Virus record (IMG/VR): IMGVR_UViG_2595698595_000001
Coordinates: 64,001-128,000 of that record
Direction: 5' to 3' (one strand)
Source: a virus
Lineage: Duplodnaviria > Caudoviricetes
Length of the DNA: 64,000 nucleotides
Part shown: positions 1 to 11,300 of the stretch, piece by piece
Layout: each line of letters opens with the position of its first letter
Position numbering within the stretch: the first letter of the stretch is position 1
Position numbers and translations under genes: made by a program
Notes under the pieces: model-generated
Told to the model about the DNA's origin: nothing
Seen by the model: the letters and a program-made list of their open reading frames with translations, nothing else
Databases searched by the model: none

Positions 1-2
1 CT

Positions 3-512
3 TACGATACTGTTGCTAACACCACTGGTTTATTCGCAGTTGATTCGGTAGCTGACGTTGAATATCCATTAACTAAGGAAGAAACTGGACCTCTTGAGAA
101 ATTCGGTTACAATCCAATCGTTAACGATTCACGTTTAGGTTTGAAAATCTATGGTGATTTCACAGCTAAGAATGATGTAATAACTGATTTATCTAAGATT
201 CATATTTCTGAGCTAGTTCTTACAATTCAGGAAGAATTCGAAGCTATATTACGTAGTTATCCATTCAAAGCTAATAACCTCGGTAATCGCTTGAAATTGA
301 AAACTGAAGCTGATCGTATCATGCAACGTATTCAAGATAATGGTGGTGTCGTTTGGTATTTGAATATCTGTGACGAATCTAACAATACTCAGGACATTAT
401 AAATCGTGACCTTGGTATTATCGAAACTCATATCCAAGCTACTAAAAATGGTGAAAAATGGGTACATGTACTTACATTACACAATAACTTACCATCTTTC
501 GAAATAAGATAG
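3..512 (+). CDS. gp18: tail sheath protein, C-terminal part (gene starts upstream of the window)
   Basis: Frame open from position 3 (YDTVANTTG...FGYNPIV...IYGDFTA...LSKIHISEL), resembling sheath C-termini; tube gene follows. Confidence 0.8.
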   Translation, partial: YDTVANTTGLFAVDSVADVEYPLTKEETGPLEKFGYNPIVNDSRLGLKIYGDFTAKNDVITDLSKIHISELVLTIQEEFEAILRSYPFKANNLGNRLKLKTEADRIMQRIQDNGGVVWYLNICDESNNTQDIINRDLGIIETHIQATKNGEKWVHVLTLHNNLPSFEIR

Positions 513-521
513 TAAGCATTT

Positions 522-555
522 CATGAATGGGATATTTTTATCCCATTCATGTTTT
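522..555 (+). terminator. intrinsic terminator
   Basis: CATGAATGGGATA-TTTT-TATCCCATTCATG stem plus T tract. Confidence 0.75.
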
Positions 556-562
556 ATACATA
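555..562 (+). promoter_or_regulatory. late promoter TATACATA
   Basis: Octamer recurring upstream of structural genes; one base from T4 late TATAAATA. Confidence 0.7.
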
Positions 563-614
563 CAAAAAGGAAACACCTAATATCTTACGTAAGCATTAGG
601 AATTAATTCGCATT

Positions 615-1715
615 ATGAAAAAATTAAGTACTACATTAAAACAATCTTCAAAAGCTTTAAATGAATCTGCAATCGATTCTAAAGAGTCGTTTTTCAGATT
701 TGGTATGACAGCATTATCTATGAGCAAGGGTGCTGATTATACCGATGAAGATTCTCATTTAATTCTTACAAACATTTATGAATCTTCCTATCCGAATTAT
801 TCAGAAATGATTCAAGAATTAACTAAAATCGTTATGACTGATTCTCAGAAATCTAAGAAAGCTGGAAAATTAATTACTGAGATTTTCACAGACTTAGCTA
901 ACAATCCTAACGTTTCTTCATTTTATCATAAATTATCGCAAGCGATGTCTTACGACACTATCGCTACTGTCGAATGCTATGTTAATAATCTTGCTTTAAT
1001 TTCAGAACAAATAAACGTAACTGACATAGACCTAACCAAATATCTGACACCAACATGTCCAGATATTCAACCAGTCATTGAAATGATTTGTTCACCTACA
1101 CATGCTATGCAGGTTGTTGAATCAGCTTTATTATTGTATTCTTACATTTTAGCTAACAATACACCTGATATAGATTTAGGTAGTTTCAAACAATTTTATA
1201 CAGATATCATACAAGTATATAACGAATTCAAAACATCATTCGAGGTATATTCTTACGATATTACAACAGCTAAGAATTTCTTTCAAACTACGTTATCTTT
1301 CAAAGACCCTACATTTTACCTATCGGCTGATAAACTAGAAACTAACGTATCAGAAAGTATGATACCTTTGTTTTTAGGATCGTTCATGAATATCTTTTGG
1401 GAAGGATATTTAGTTAACAGTGAACAATTGATTCGTAGAGTTGATGTGAACGTATTACATAAATTCGAAAATACTTTCACAGGTTTTCTTAAGCTTAACA
1501 AATTATTTGTTAACGAATTATTCAGATTAGATCAGAATAATTTATCGTCAACAAGATTAAAACAATTGTATTATCTAGGACTTCAATTAGCTGCAAAAGT
1601 TAAAGACATGTCAACTAGAAGACTATACATGGATTTCTTAAATGTTTCGAAAGATGTTATTGATGAACTTACAGTAATCGAATCACGTCTTAATGGAATT
1701 TTAAGTACAAGATAA
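615..1715 (+). CDS. hypothetical late protein, possibly virion-associated
   Basis: 366-aa ORF behind a late promoter; N-terminal MKKLSTTL...ALNES. Confidence 0.6.
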   Translation: MKKLSTTLKQSSKALNESAIDSKESFFRFGMTALSMSKGADYTDEDSHLILTNIYESSYPNYSEMIQELTKIVMTDSQKSKKAGKLITEIFTDLANNPNVSSFYHKLSQAMSYDTIATVECYVNNLALISEQINVTDIDLTKYLTPTCPDIQPVIEMICSPTHAMQVVESALLLYSYILANNTPDIDLGSFKQFYTDIIQVYNEFKTSFEVYSYDITTAKNFFQTTLSFKDPTFYLSADKLETNVSESMIPLFLGSFMNIFWEGYLVNSEQLIRRVDVNVLHKFENTFTGFLKLNKLFVNELFRLDQNNLSSTRLKQLYYLGLQLAAKVKDMSTRRLYMDFLNVSKDVIDELTVIESRLNGILSTR

Positions 1716-1717
1716 TT

Positions 1718-1725
1718 TATACATA
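1718..1725 (+). promoter_or_regulatory. late promoter TATACATA
   Basis: Exact motif 23 nt before the tail tube ATG. Confidence 0.7.
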
Positions 1726-1748
1726 CAATATTAAAACATATTATACAC

Positions 1749-2303
1749 ATGAAACTACCACATACTAGAAATTCGGCTGCAGGTTCAAATATGTATGAAC
1801 CAGTTGTAGCATCGCAATTCGCAGCCTACATATTTCCAGCTGCGGGTGTTACTAATGATCCTTTGATTTTACAAGATCATATTCGTAATGTCGTTGGACT
1901 GTTCGAAGATAAAACAGGTGATAACGTTATTACACAAAAGTTCCAAACTGCTACACGTACTTATGATAGCAATGATAAAGGTGATACAAGTTATACCTTT
2001 ACTATTACTTTCACTTTGAACTTAAATGATGCAAATCAAAACTACGTTTACAAGATCATACGTGATTGGGCTCGTAAGAAATACAATCCGTTAACCGGTG
2101 AACGTGGATTAAAACGTGATTATGTTGGAACAATAGTTGTTCAAAAACATGACAGGGTTGGAAATATCTTCCATACTCGTACAGCTATTCAATGTTTCCC
2201 TAACAGTAACATTCCAGATTTAACGAATGATTACGATAACCATGAAGCTCAAGAAATTGATATCCAATTCGTAGCTGACTGGGTAGATGAAACAGAATTG
2301 TAA
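1749..2303 (+). CDS. gp19: tail tube protein
   Basis: 184 aa; DW...YNPLTGERGLKRDYVGTIVV...CFP pattern typical of T4 gp19-like tubes; near sheath. Confidence 0.8.
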   Translation: MKLPHTRNSAAGSNMYEPVVASQFAAYIFPAAGVTNDPLILQDHIRNVVGLFEDKTGDNVITQKFQTATRTYDSNDKGDTSYTFTITFTLNLNDANQNYVYKIIRDWARKKYNPLTGERGLKRDYVGTIVVQKHDRVGNIFHTRTAIQCFPNSNIPDLTNDYDNHEAQEIDIQFVADWVDETEL

Positions 2304-2322
2304 GAATTAGTAAAATACAAAT

Positions 2323-2353
2323 GGAATCATCTTACTCTTAATAAGATGATTCC
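2323..2353 (+). terminator. hairpin, probable terminator
   Basis: GGAATCATCTTA...TAAGATGATTCC inverted repeat after the tube gene. Confidence 0.55.
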
Positions 2354-2375
2354 TAAATAATATTCAAAGAAACAA

Positions 2376-3323
2376 ATGACTAAAAAGAAAGAATCAACCG
2401 AAGAATTACAGATGCAAGCTTTGGAAGCTTTGGAAGCTGTTAAAAATCTTGGAAAAATCGAAACTCCGAAAGCACCAGAAGTAAGTGACATAGTGAAAAT
2501 CACTTTAGGTGAACATATGCTAGACTTGTCAGAACTTAGCTATGATGGTGCATTTTATCCAGAAGGTACTGTAATCAAATATCGCGCTGCTGATACTAGA
2601 GAAATCAAACATTTCTCGATGGTTAATGAAAACTCTCCAATCGCTGTAGATGACGCAATGAAGCAATTGATTAATTCATGTGTTTCTATCTATAACGAAA
2701 AAGGTAAGAAATTAGCGTTTACTAATCTACAAGCTGTTGATAGATTTATCTTCGCTTTAAAAGTTCGTGAAGCTACTTACGCAAATCCCGAATCGAAATT
2801 AACTTACGATGTTAGTTGTCCATGTGGTGAAAGTAAATTCAAAATCGAATTGACTACCGACAAAATTGTTAAACCTGAATTTAACGAATTCCAGAAACAA
2901 CATTACAAGGAACATCTTAGAGCTTTCGAAATCGTATCTAAAACTTTTGGGTCTATCATAGTCGAACCGTTAACATTATATCGTGAAAATCTTTATCGTG
3001 AATACGCTTTAGGATTAGCAGAAAAAGGTCAAGCGATCGATACATTGTTTTCTGAACTGTATTGGTTACTAGTTAATTCAAGTAATCAGTATGACAAAGA
3101 TATCATGGAAAATACTTTCTATCGTTATCAAAAGATGGATAAATACGAATTGGCTTTCTATGTTGAAGCTAACAAACGTTTAAAACTTGAACCAATCAAT
3201 CAGATAAAAGACAATTGTCAAAATAGCTCTTGTAGCCGGGAGGTCTACCATGATATTGTGTTTCCCGACGGAATCAAATATCTTTTCGTTGATACAGCTT
3301 CCGTCGCTTCGGAATTTTCTTAA
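2376..3323 (+). CDS. baseplate hub / tail assembly chaperone, T4 gp26-like
   Basis: YP...IKYRA...E, DRFIFALKVRE, CPCG and terminal Cys cluster; lies between tube and tape measure. Confidence 0.6.
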   Translation: MTKKKESTEELQMQALEALEAVKNLGKIETPKAPEVSDIVKITLGEHMLDLSELSYDGAFYPEGTVIKYRAADTREIKHFSMVNENSPIAVDDAMKQLINSCVSIYNEKGKKLAFTNLQAVDRFIFALKVREATYANPESKLTYDVSCPCGESKFKIELTTDKIVKPEFNEFQKQHYKEHLRAFEIVSKTFGSIIVEPLTLYRENLYREYALGLAEKGQAIDTLFSELYWLLVNSSNQYDKDIMENTFYRYQKMDKYELAFYVEANKRLKLEPINQIKDNCQNSSCSREVYHDIVFPDGIKYLFVDTASVASEFS

Positions 3324-3540
3324 GGAGCGTATGATGCTTCAAAAACATTTAGGAGTCCCTCCAGATTCACTGGACGGGCTTCCGTTTTATGAAGTTCAAT
3401 ACATGATAGAAGACTTACATGAACATTTAAAAGAGGAAGCTAAAGAAAACGAAAGACAAGCTGAGGAATCTAAACGTCAACAAGCAGCTATGAAACTTCC
3501 GAAACCTAGACCTAGTACAATACCAAAAATGAAACGATAA
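3250..3540 (+). CDS. gp51-like hub assembly protein (start uncertain; overlaps the previous gene in the +1 frame)
   Basis: SLRNFLKERMMLQKH...LDGLPFYEVQYMIEDL...EE resembles gp51 of T4-like phages. Confidence 0.55.
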   Translation: MILCFPTESNIFSLIQLPSLRNFLKERMMLQKHLGVPPDSLDGLPFYEVQYMIEDLHEHLKEEAKENERQAEESKRQQAAMKLPKPRPSTIPKMKR

Positions 3541-3543
3541 CAA

Positions 3544-3984
3544 ATGGACATATTGATTGACTTCGACGGTACATGTGTAACACATGATTTTCCAAACGTC
3601 GGTAAAGATATTGGAGCTAAAAGAGTTCTTAAGAAATTAGTTGACAATGGACACAGATTGATACTGTTTACTATGCGTTCAGATGTTGAAAATCCTACAT
3701 CAGAAGATACTAATATTCTTTGTAAAGGTGGAAATTATCTAACTGATGCTGTAAATTGGTTTAAAGAAAATGATATACCTCTTTACGGAATCAATACTAA
3801 TCCTACTCAGAAATCTTGGACTCATTCTCCTAAAGCTTACGGTCAATTAATAATCGACGATATTGGATTAGGTATTCCTTTAGTTTATGATAAAGATATA
3901 TCAGATAGACCATTCGTAGATTGGATCAAAATCGAATATATGTTAATCGATATGGGAATCATAAAATTTATAGAATTTAGTTGA
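3544..3984 (+). CDS. HAD-superfamily hydrolase/phosphatase
   Basis: IDFDGT motif I, LILFTMRS motif II, K...IIDD motif. Confidence 0.75.
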   Translation: MDILIDFDGTCVTHDFPNVGKDIGAKRVLKKLVDNGHRLILFTMRSDVENPTSEDTNILCKGGNYLTDAVNWFKENDIPLYGINTNPTQKSWTHSPKAYGQLIIDDIGLGIPLVYDKDISDRPFVDWIKIEYMLIDMGIIKFIEFS

Positions 3985-4010
3985 TATACATATAAAAATA
4001 CTTAATCAAA

Positions 4011-4319
4011 ATGCGAAAAATGAATAGGAGCGAACTTTACTTTAGATTGAACACAGCTTTAAAAGGCGTTGTTACAACTAGAGGTATTTCATATAGCGTT
4101 AATGTTTTTAACGATAATACTGGAATAGTTCAAGTAAACGTTTCTATTAGTAATATGCGAGCATCAGTTTTAGCTTGCGTTAAAGAAAATGATGACGGGA
4201 CATGGTCAGTATCAGATAATAGCTATACGATAGTTGTTGATAACTTAAATCAAGTTGGAAGCACTATAATTCGTATGGTTACAAAAATTCGTACTCTACG
4301 CTCAAGAATTAACACGTAA
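4011..4319 (+). CDS. hypothetical late protein
   Basis: 102-aa ORF preceded by TATACATA at 3985-3992. Confidence 0.55.
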   Translation: MRKMNRSELYFRLNTALKGVVTTRGISYSVNVFNDNTGIVQVNVSISNMRASVLACVKENDDGTWSVSDNSYTIVVDNLNQVGSTIIRMVTKIRTLRSRINT

Positions 4320-4375
4320 TTATTACGTTAACGAAACTTGGTCTGGTCAACCTCGTCAAATGTTTCTTTGTTTCT

Positions 4376-4421
4376 ACCGGTTATGATGTGATATCGTAAC
4401 CGGTTTTTTAGTTTATACATA
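4376..4421 (+). terminator. terminator hairpin fused to late promoter (TATACATA 4414-4421)
   Basis: ACCGGTTATGAT...ATCGTAACCGGT plus T tract. Confidence 0.7.
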
Positions 4422-4438
4422 TTTCATAAAACAATTAT

Positions 4439-7400
4439 ATGGCTACTTCAGGATCATTTACTGGAAATAAGGACGATAGTTCACCTGACATCACGGCTGT
4501 TATGTTAAATGGTTTTACTGGTTTAATGAATACGTTAAAAAAGAATCATGAAACTGTAAATAACATAAGCGAAACGTCTGAAGCTATTCTTTCTGAAATT
4601 TCAAGAGGAAACAAAAATCAAAACTTAGAAGCTAAGATTCTTATAAACGCTGTTGCGAAATCATATGATTTAGTCAAGAAAGAAACTAATCCGATACTTA
4701 ACAACATTGTTGAAGCTATAAAGAATATTAGTCTAAATGATGGTACTGTCGTAACCAATAAAGACGGTATTCAAATTGTTAAATGGGATGAAAAACAATT
4801 TCAAGCATTTCTACTAAATAAAGACGATTTACAGCAAGATGCTTCTAAGCAAATAAATTCTATAGAATCTTTATTCAAAACCGTAATAGGAGGATTATCT
4901 GAATTAAAAGAACAATCGAAAGGATTTTCTATTCGAAACATGTTCTCTTCGATATTCGAACCTTCTTTCGTTAAACAGGCTAAAGATTTTACGAAAGCTT
5001 ACAAAGTGGTTATTAACGGTATATCAGCTTCATTGATAACGTTAGATAAAGATTCTAAGAAAATTGAAAGAGCTGGAAATATTCTAACAAGTACTATCGA
5101 AAAAATAAATTCAGCAATTTCTGATAATCCAAATGCTCCAGCATACTTTAAGAAATTAGCTGGAGGTATAGCTTTACTTGGATTATCTTTAACAGCTTTT
5201 GCGTTAGTATCTCCTGCAGTTTTAGTTGCGGTTGGTGCTTTAACTTTACTAAAAGGTGTAACCTTCGTAATGACTAGAACTACTGCTAAAGACATGCTAA
5301 AAATATCAGCAGCTATAGCTTTATTTGGTTTAGCAATTTGGGGATTAAGTGAAATCGTAACTTTAGAATCTACATTAAAAACAGCTACTGCTATTATACT
5401 TCTCGGATTGGCTATCAAGGGATTTACAATGGCTATTGGTACAGGTCTTGGAAGGAATGGTTTAAGAACATTACTATTAACGACAGTTTCTGTAGCAGCT
5501 TTAGGTTTAGCATTACAAACATATAACGATGTAGAATGGGAATCGATGTTGAAAGCTGCTGGAGCGTTAACTGTTCTAACAGGGGCTATGTATTTGATAT
5601 CTAAAGTACCTAGTGCTAGTGTTGGTAGTTTAGCTTTATTAGCTGGAGCTGCTGCAATTGGAGCTATAGGTCTAGCATTACAGTTAATGCCAAAGAATAC
5701 AGACATTTATTTACCTGTAGGATTGTTCATTGCTGGATTTGGAACAACATTAGCTTTAGCTGGAACTGTTGCACCATTCATTGCAGCAGGTGCTGCGGCG
5801 ATGTTAGTTGGTGGAGCTGCATTATTAGTAATGGGTGGGGCTTTAGCTGTTATAAATGCTGTAAATTACGATAAAGCTAAAATCGATAGTTTTACTGATT
5901 CATTAGTTTATCTGATAAATTCTATCGGTGATCCAATGTTAATCGCTAAAGCTGTATCAGCTTCATTATCATCTGTACCTATGTTAGCTGTAACTTCCAT
6001 GTCAATGGTGATGGCTTTAGAATTAGCTGCGATAGGAGCTTTAGGATATAACAATGATAACGTAGCTCAATTTGGTGTTGGTGTTACTTTGTTAGCTAAC
6101 GTTCTTGGAAATCCTGTATTAATTGCTAAAGCTTTAGGTGCTACTGTATCAAGTGCTGCATTATTGGCTACAACTTCTATGTCATTAGTAATGGCTTTAG
6201 AATTAGCTGCTATCGGTGCTTTAACGTTCAATCAAGATAATATTGCTGTATTCGGTGAAGGTATGAAAATGTTATCAAAAACTTACATCGATTTAGCTAC
6301 AAGTATTGGAATCATCGGAGCAGCGAAATTAACAGGTGGTGTATTACTAGCTACTGAAATGGCTTTAGCAACACCTCCAATAGCTTTCGCTTTAATGTCA
6401 GTTAGTATAATGTCAAGATTAATCAGTAACGAATCTATTGATAGATTTGATTACGGATTAAACAAATTGATAAAAGTATTCGTTGATAACGCTCCAGCTG
6501 TTCTTAAGAATCGTGAATTACCTAAAGCTGTTAGAATGATACGAGACATGTCAGATTCTACAGTTGGTATTTCCAGAGGTATTAGTGAATTTGTTAAGAT
6601 AGCTGACAAACCAGATTTAATCAATACTGCTGTAACAGGTGTTGGGGATTTCGTTGATAGAATGATTACTATCTTATCAGATAAAGGTCAGTTACTAGCT
6701 TCATTACCTAAAGATGCTATGAGAATCCTAGGTCTAGGTAATCTAATGAAAGACATAGCAGACGGAATGGTTTCTATGGGTAAGTTGGAATATTACGAAA
6801 CTAAGTTAGTTGATGGTCAGATAGTTAAGGTTGGACAAGCTAAGAAATTTACAGCTGCAGATTTCCAAGAAGTTGGAAAATCTATCGATCTATTCATATC
6901 AGCTGTATCAGAACCTTTAGCTAAAATAGGTGACCAAGGAGGATTATTCTCTTCGAACAAAACTAAGAAAGGTATTCAAGCTTTATCAGATATAGGTAAC
7001 GTATTCAATCCAATCATAGGAATTGTTCAAGCTTTCAAATTGGGTGAGAAACAGATAACTAACGATGACGCTATAGAAATAACACAAGTTCTTAATACTA
7101 TCATATTTGGTATATCTTCTACGTTTACTAAACTTGAACAAGATGGAACTTTAGAATATTTCAATACTGAATCGGTTATGATGAAAGGATTATCTGACGT
7201 ATTCAAATCGTTAGGAGGTCTTAAAGGTGATGAATTAAATAAAGTTACTAAAGAAATCAATACAGTATTCGATCGTATAGCTGACGACAAACCATTCAAT
7301 AAACTTATAACTAATCTTGGAAAGATTCGTAAAGAAGCTACAATGATTAAGAATGAGGTTAACAAATTCGATTTGACTAAGCTAACAATGTTTAATCAAA

Positions 7401-7729
7401 TGACTAAGAATTTGATGGATGCTTCGAAAACTGGGGAATTGCATCAGTTAGTAAATGCTATACGAATGTTAGTTGATGAAATACGTGAAGTTCGTGCTAC
7501 ACCACCTCCTCAACCTCAACCACAGTTACCACAATCTATTGTTACTAACAATCAGCAAGTTAACGAAGTTGTTAGTAAAGTAACAGGTGCTAAAGTTCAG
7601 GAAAAATCTAAAGTTGAAGTTCTTGAAGAGCAATTAACACAAGCTTTAGAATTGATTAAAACCGAACTTAAAAATCTTAATAGGAAAGTACAAAATCCAA
7701 TGCCTGTTCAAGTCATTAAGGAAATCTAA
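4439..7729 (+). CDS. tape measure protein
   Basis: 1096 aa, helical, long Ala/Gly/Leu-rich hydrophobic repeats; downstream of tube and chaperones. Confidence 0.7.
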   Translation: MATSGSFTGNKDDSSPDITAVMLNGFTGLMNTLKKNHETVNNISETSEAILSEISRGNKNQNLEAKILINAVAKSYDLVKKETNPILNNIVEAIKNISLNDGTVVTNKDGIQIVKWDEKQFQAFLLNKDDLQQDASKQINSIESLFKTVIGGLSELKEQSKGFSIRNMFSSIFEPSFVKQAKDFTKAYKVVINGISASLITLDKDSKKIERAGNILTSTIEKINSAISDNPNAPAYFKKLAGGIALLGLSLTAFALVSPAVLVAVGALTLLKGVTFVMTRTTAKDMLKISAAIALFGLAIWGLSEIVTLESTLKTATAIILLGLAIKGFTMAIGTGLGRNGLRTLLLTTVSVAALGLALQTYNDVEWESMLKAAGALTVLTGAMYLISKVPSASVGSLALLAGAAAIGAIGLALQLMPKNTDIYLPVGLFIAGFGTTLALAGTVAPFIAAGAAAMLVGGAALLVMGGALAVINAVNYDKAKIDSFTDSLVYLINSIGDPMLIAKAVSASLSSVPMLAVTSMSMVMALELAAIGALGYNNDNVAQFGVGVTLLANVLGNPVLIAKALGATVSSAALLATTSMSLVMALELAAIGALTFNQDNIAVFGEGMKMLSKTYIDLATSIGIIGAAKLTGGVLLATEMALATPPIAFALMSVSIMSRLISNESIDRFDYGLNKLIKVFVDNAPAVLKNRELPKAVRMIRDMSDSTVGISRGISEFVKIADKPDLINTAVTGVGDFVDRMITILSDKGQLLASLPKDAMRILGLGNLMKDIADGMVSMGKLEYYETKLVDGQIVKVGQAKKFTAADFQEVGKSIDLFISAVSEPLAKIGDQGGLFSSNKTKKGIQALSDIGNVFNPIIGIVQAFKLGEKQITNDDAIEITQVLNTIIFGISSTFTKLEQDGTLEYFNTESVMMKGLSDVFKSLGGLKGDELNKVTKEINTVFDRIADDKPFNKLITNLGKIRKEATMIKNEVNKFDLTKLTMFNQMTKNLMDASKTGELHQLVNAIRMLVDEIREVRATPPPQPQPQLPQSIVTNNQQVNEVVSKVTGAKVQEKSKVEVLEEQLTQALELIKTELKNLNRKVQNPMPVQVIKEI

Positions 7730-7735
7730 TAAACG

Positions 7736-7776
7736 AAACCAGTTCTTAACGGAACTGGTTTTTTAGTTTATACATA
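7736..7776 (+). terminator. terminator fused to late promoter (TATACATA 7769-7776)
   Basis: AAACCAGTTC-loop-GAACTGGTTT plus T tract. Confidence 0.7.
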
Positions 7777-7799
7777 TTACCAATAAACATAATAACGAA

Positions 7800-8351
7800 A
7801 TGTCTAGAGAAAGAATTCCATTTGGTGCACAATTAGAAGTAACCGTTGCAGCACCACCAATATACGGTTCACAGGTTGCAAATATGTCAGAACTTACAAC
7901 AATAGCAGCTAAGAATGCATATTTACATAAAGTTGTTTGGGTTATATCTGAGAAAGGTTATTACTATTTATCGGCAGGTAATGGTACTAATTTGAATCAA
8001 TGGTTACCTGTAAGTATCGGAGGTATTCTAGAATATCAAAACAAAGTATATCAAAAAGGTGAAGGTGTAATTCAAAACAGTAAAGTCTACATAGCTTTAG
8101 ACAACATTGGATTAGGTGAAGACCCTGTAAACGCTCCGACTAAATGGTTATCTATTTCAGATGTTAGGTTCAATAAACAAAGTTTTACTAACGTTACTGA
8201 AGTAACTGTTACGACACCTTACGATAATCCTTCTGTTCATGTATATGATGAAAACGATAATGAAGTTTCAGCTTTCGTTAATGTATCAAATGGTATCGTT
8301 AAATTAGATTTGTTTCCTGCTCTAACAGGTTACGTTATTGTTAAAGAATAA
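7800..8351 (+). CDS. putative tail/fibre structural protein
   Basis: Late promoter; beta-rich; YQKGEGV...VYIAL...P...W segment resembling small carbohydrate-binding modules. Confidence 0.5.
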   Translation: MSRERIPFGAQLEVTVAAPPIYGSQVANMSELTTIAAKNAYLHKVVWVISEKGYYYLSAGNGTNLNQWLPVSIGGILEYQNKVYQKGEGVIQNSKVYIALDNIGLGEDPVNAPTKWLSISDVRFNKQSFTNVTEVTVTTPYDNPSVHVYDENDNEVSAFVNVSNGIVKLDLFPALTGYVIVKE

Positions 8352-8354
8352 AAA

Positions 8355-11300
8355 ATGGCTCAGAAAATCAAATCAATATATCACGGTTTAGATTTACTTA
8401 AGAATGAATTGAAGAACGCTTTAGTAAAAGCTGAAGCTTCTGACCCTCATGAAATAGTAAACCTAGAACTATTAGAAAAAGCATTCTTATATGATACAGT
8501 TAAGGCTATATCAATAAAGAATGTATATTCTACAGTAGGAGGATTGACAGCTGGAACTGACGTTTCTAATAAGAACTTGAAAGAAATATTCGATTTGATA
8601 TTTTTCAATCCTAGTTCAGCTGATTACGTTTATCCTCTTATAGCTAACGGTAAGGTTACAGTTTCTAATAATAATTCAGTAGTTTCTGAAAATACATTAG
8701 GTTCTCCGATAGTTATCGAAGAATTCCTAGATTACGAAGGTGATGTAAAAGTAAAAGTTGAATTCGATTACTTACAGAATGACGGTGGTGATTTATCAAG
8801 TATCTTACTTAACGGTAATGACTTTTTAAATGATGCTATCGTTACAGGTAATAAGTATACTGTAGAAATTCCTATTAAATCTATTATTGGAAACGTAAAC
8901 AATAAAGCTGTATCATTAAGTATCGGATATGATGAAGGTCCTCAGAAAAATGACGAATCTGGTCAACCTTCTGGTACACCGATTCCATCCGGTTCTATAG
9001 TTTTCTATAGTATCGTTACATTCAATAATCTTAGTTATCCAGCGTTCTACAAAGTTTTAGAACTAAACGAATTCATAGAAGCTACATTTAATTATCAAAC
9101 AGATGGAACTTTCATAAATGGTGATAATTACGCATCAGTTCCTTCTGATAAAGTTTTAGTTATTGGTATTCCAGTTCAAGGTAATTACGCTGATAAGATT
9201 GTACTTAAAGACAATTCCAATTTTACGAATAAAACGATAAGACGTGAAATAGGAATATCAAGTTCTAATACTACCGGAATTCAGTATAAACTGTATTACT
9301 ATTTCTCTAACGAAAGTGGTAACGATTTTACTATTGGATTAGGTCCAGATTTATCTGAATTAGCATTAGACGATTCTTATGGATGGATAGGTGTTCAAGA
9401 ATCTTTAATATGTTTGAATCAAGGTGTAGACAATTCAGCAAGATATTCTCAAGCTGAATTAACATTTGGTTCTAAACTTTCTGGTTATATTTTACAGAAT
9501 ACAACGCAAGTTCCAAATACAACATCAGCTTCATGTTTAATAGGAAGTTCTGATATCGTAATTAAACTAGCCGATTTATCAACTAACAGATTTACAACAT
9601 TAAACGATTTATATCTTAACGTTAGGGACAATGTTGACGCTAGTAATCAAATAGGTCTTGGAACAGAACAAGTAATTCTGAATGGTGATAAAGTTGAAGA
9701 TCAGAATGGAAACGAATTCACTAATAAGGGATTCTCAGTATTTCAAACTGTAAATGGATATTCTGTATTAGAAATAAAATCTGACAATACTTACGACTTT
9801 CATAGATTTCCTGGAAAATCTAATCTAGTTTATGAATGGAAAGTTGTTCCATCATCAGGTACATGTCAAGTTCTTTTCGGACAAGCTACAGGTAGATTCT
9901 TGTATCAAACTCTTGAATTGTACATTGACAACATAGCTCAAGGTGAATTCAAAGACAATTTAGCATCTGATCAAGATTATGTTGAACCTTTGTATACTGC
10001 ACAATGTTTGAATATTATTCAGAATCTTGGTAAAGGTTTAGAAGATACTAATAGAAAATATACTGACAAGAATTCATGTGATTTTTCTTTATCTGATGAT
10101 ATAGCAGCTATTGGTACTGTTCCAGATGTGGATTATTATGTTTCTGGAAACAACTCATTATGCTATCAATTAGTAAACGGTGTTTATAGTTTAGCTGGAA
10201 AGGCTAATACTATTTACATAATGGTTAAGATTTCTGGAATCTATTACAAGATACTTCAAATCAATCCAGATTCATCTTGGCAGTATCATTACTATACTGA
10301 TAATTCTATAGCTTTAGTTCCAACATCTTGGGTAGGTGATGTAAGTACTGGTGTTTGTGTAATTGGTGCTAATGGTCAACCTACTGGTTATTTGAATTTT
10401 ACTGAAATCTATCTAGTATATTCCGACACAACTTTTGGTACTGAATTACCCAGTTCTAGAAAGAATAATGGTCAGGATGGTGATACTGTACCTGACGTAT
10501 TATCCGATTTATGTAAGAACAATTTACAAGACGTTGAAGATATTACCTATAACGATTTAATCGCTAAGATAAACAATTCGATTCTAGCTAGAAATAAACG
10601 TTACAGAATAATCGATTACAAAACTGTTAGTGATTGGAGTGACGGTGTTACCAGTTTAACTTTGGAATCTGATCAGATAGAACCGTTAATAGTTTTAGCT
10701 ACTTCAGTTAATACTTTAGCTCCTATTGCATATTCTGAATCATTCCCTGATGATGTAATTTACTATAATGTTTCTAATGATAGTTCTTCGTCATTGTATT
10801 ATGGCTGTACTACAGGTCATATAACTAAACGAATCGATACTATAAATAACAGTGAGTATGATTTTGATTTCAGAAATATGAAAACTGGGGTATATATGGA
10901 CGTTAATGGGGAATATCCTAATGTAATAAGTTTAGATACTTTACATAAGATAAGTAACAGTAAGATATCGTTAGCTATATCAGACTATGGGCATTTTTCA
11001 AGTAGTGGTGCTCAATGCTGTTTCATTGACTGTGTTATTGATTATAGTGAAGTAAATCTTCAAGGTGTTCCTACTATATTCGATTCAGTGGATAATATCG
11101 TTCCTACTATACGTGACAGTAAATTAACAGTATTCAGAGATATTAAACTAATGAATACTTATGTAAATGGTAAACCTACTGAAATAATTTCAGACAAACG
11201 TTTCCCATTATCATTATATGCTTGTGATATATACGCCGAAAATCTGTTTTTAGGTTATAATGCTAATTTATCTATAACTAGATTGATAGGATGGGTAGCA

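Noticed and set aside
4271-4386. Short +1-frame open stretch overlapping the end of the 4011 ORF
   Set aside because: Under 40 codons, no upstream start or clear slip site, and it runs into a terminator; likely chance
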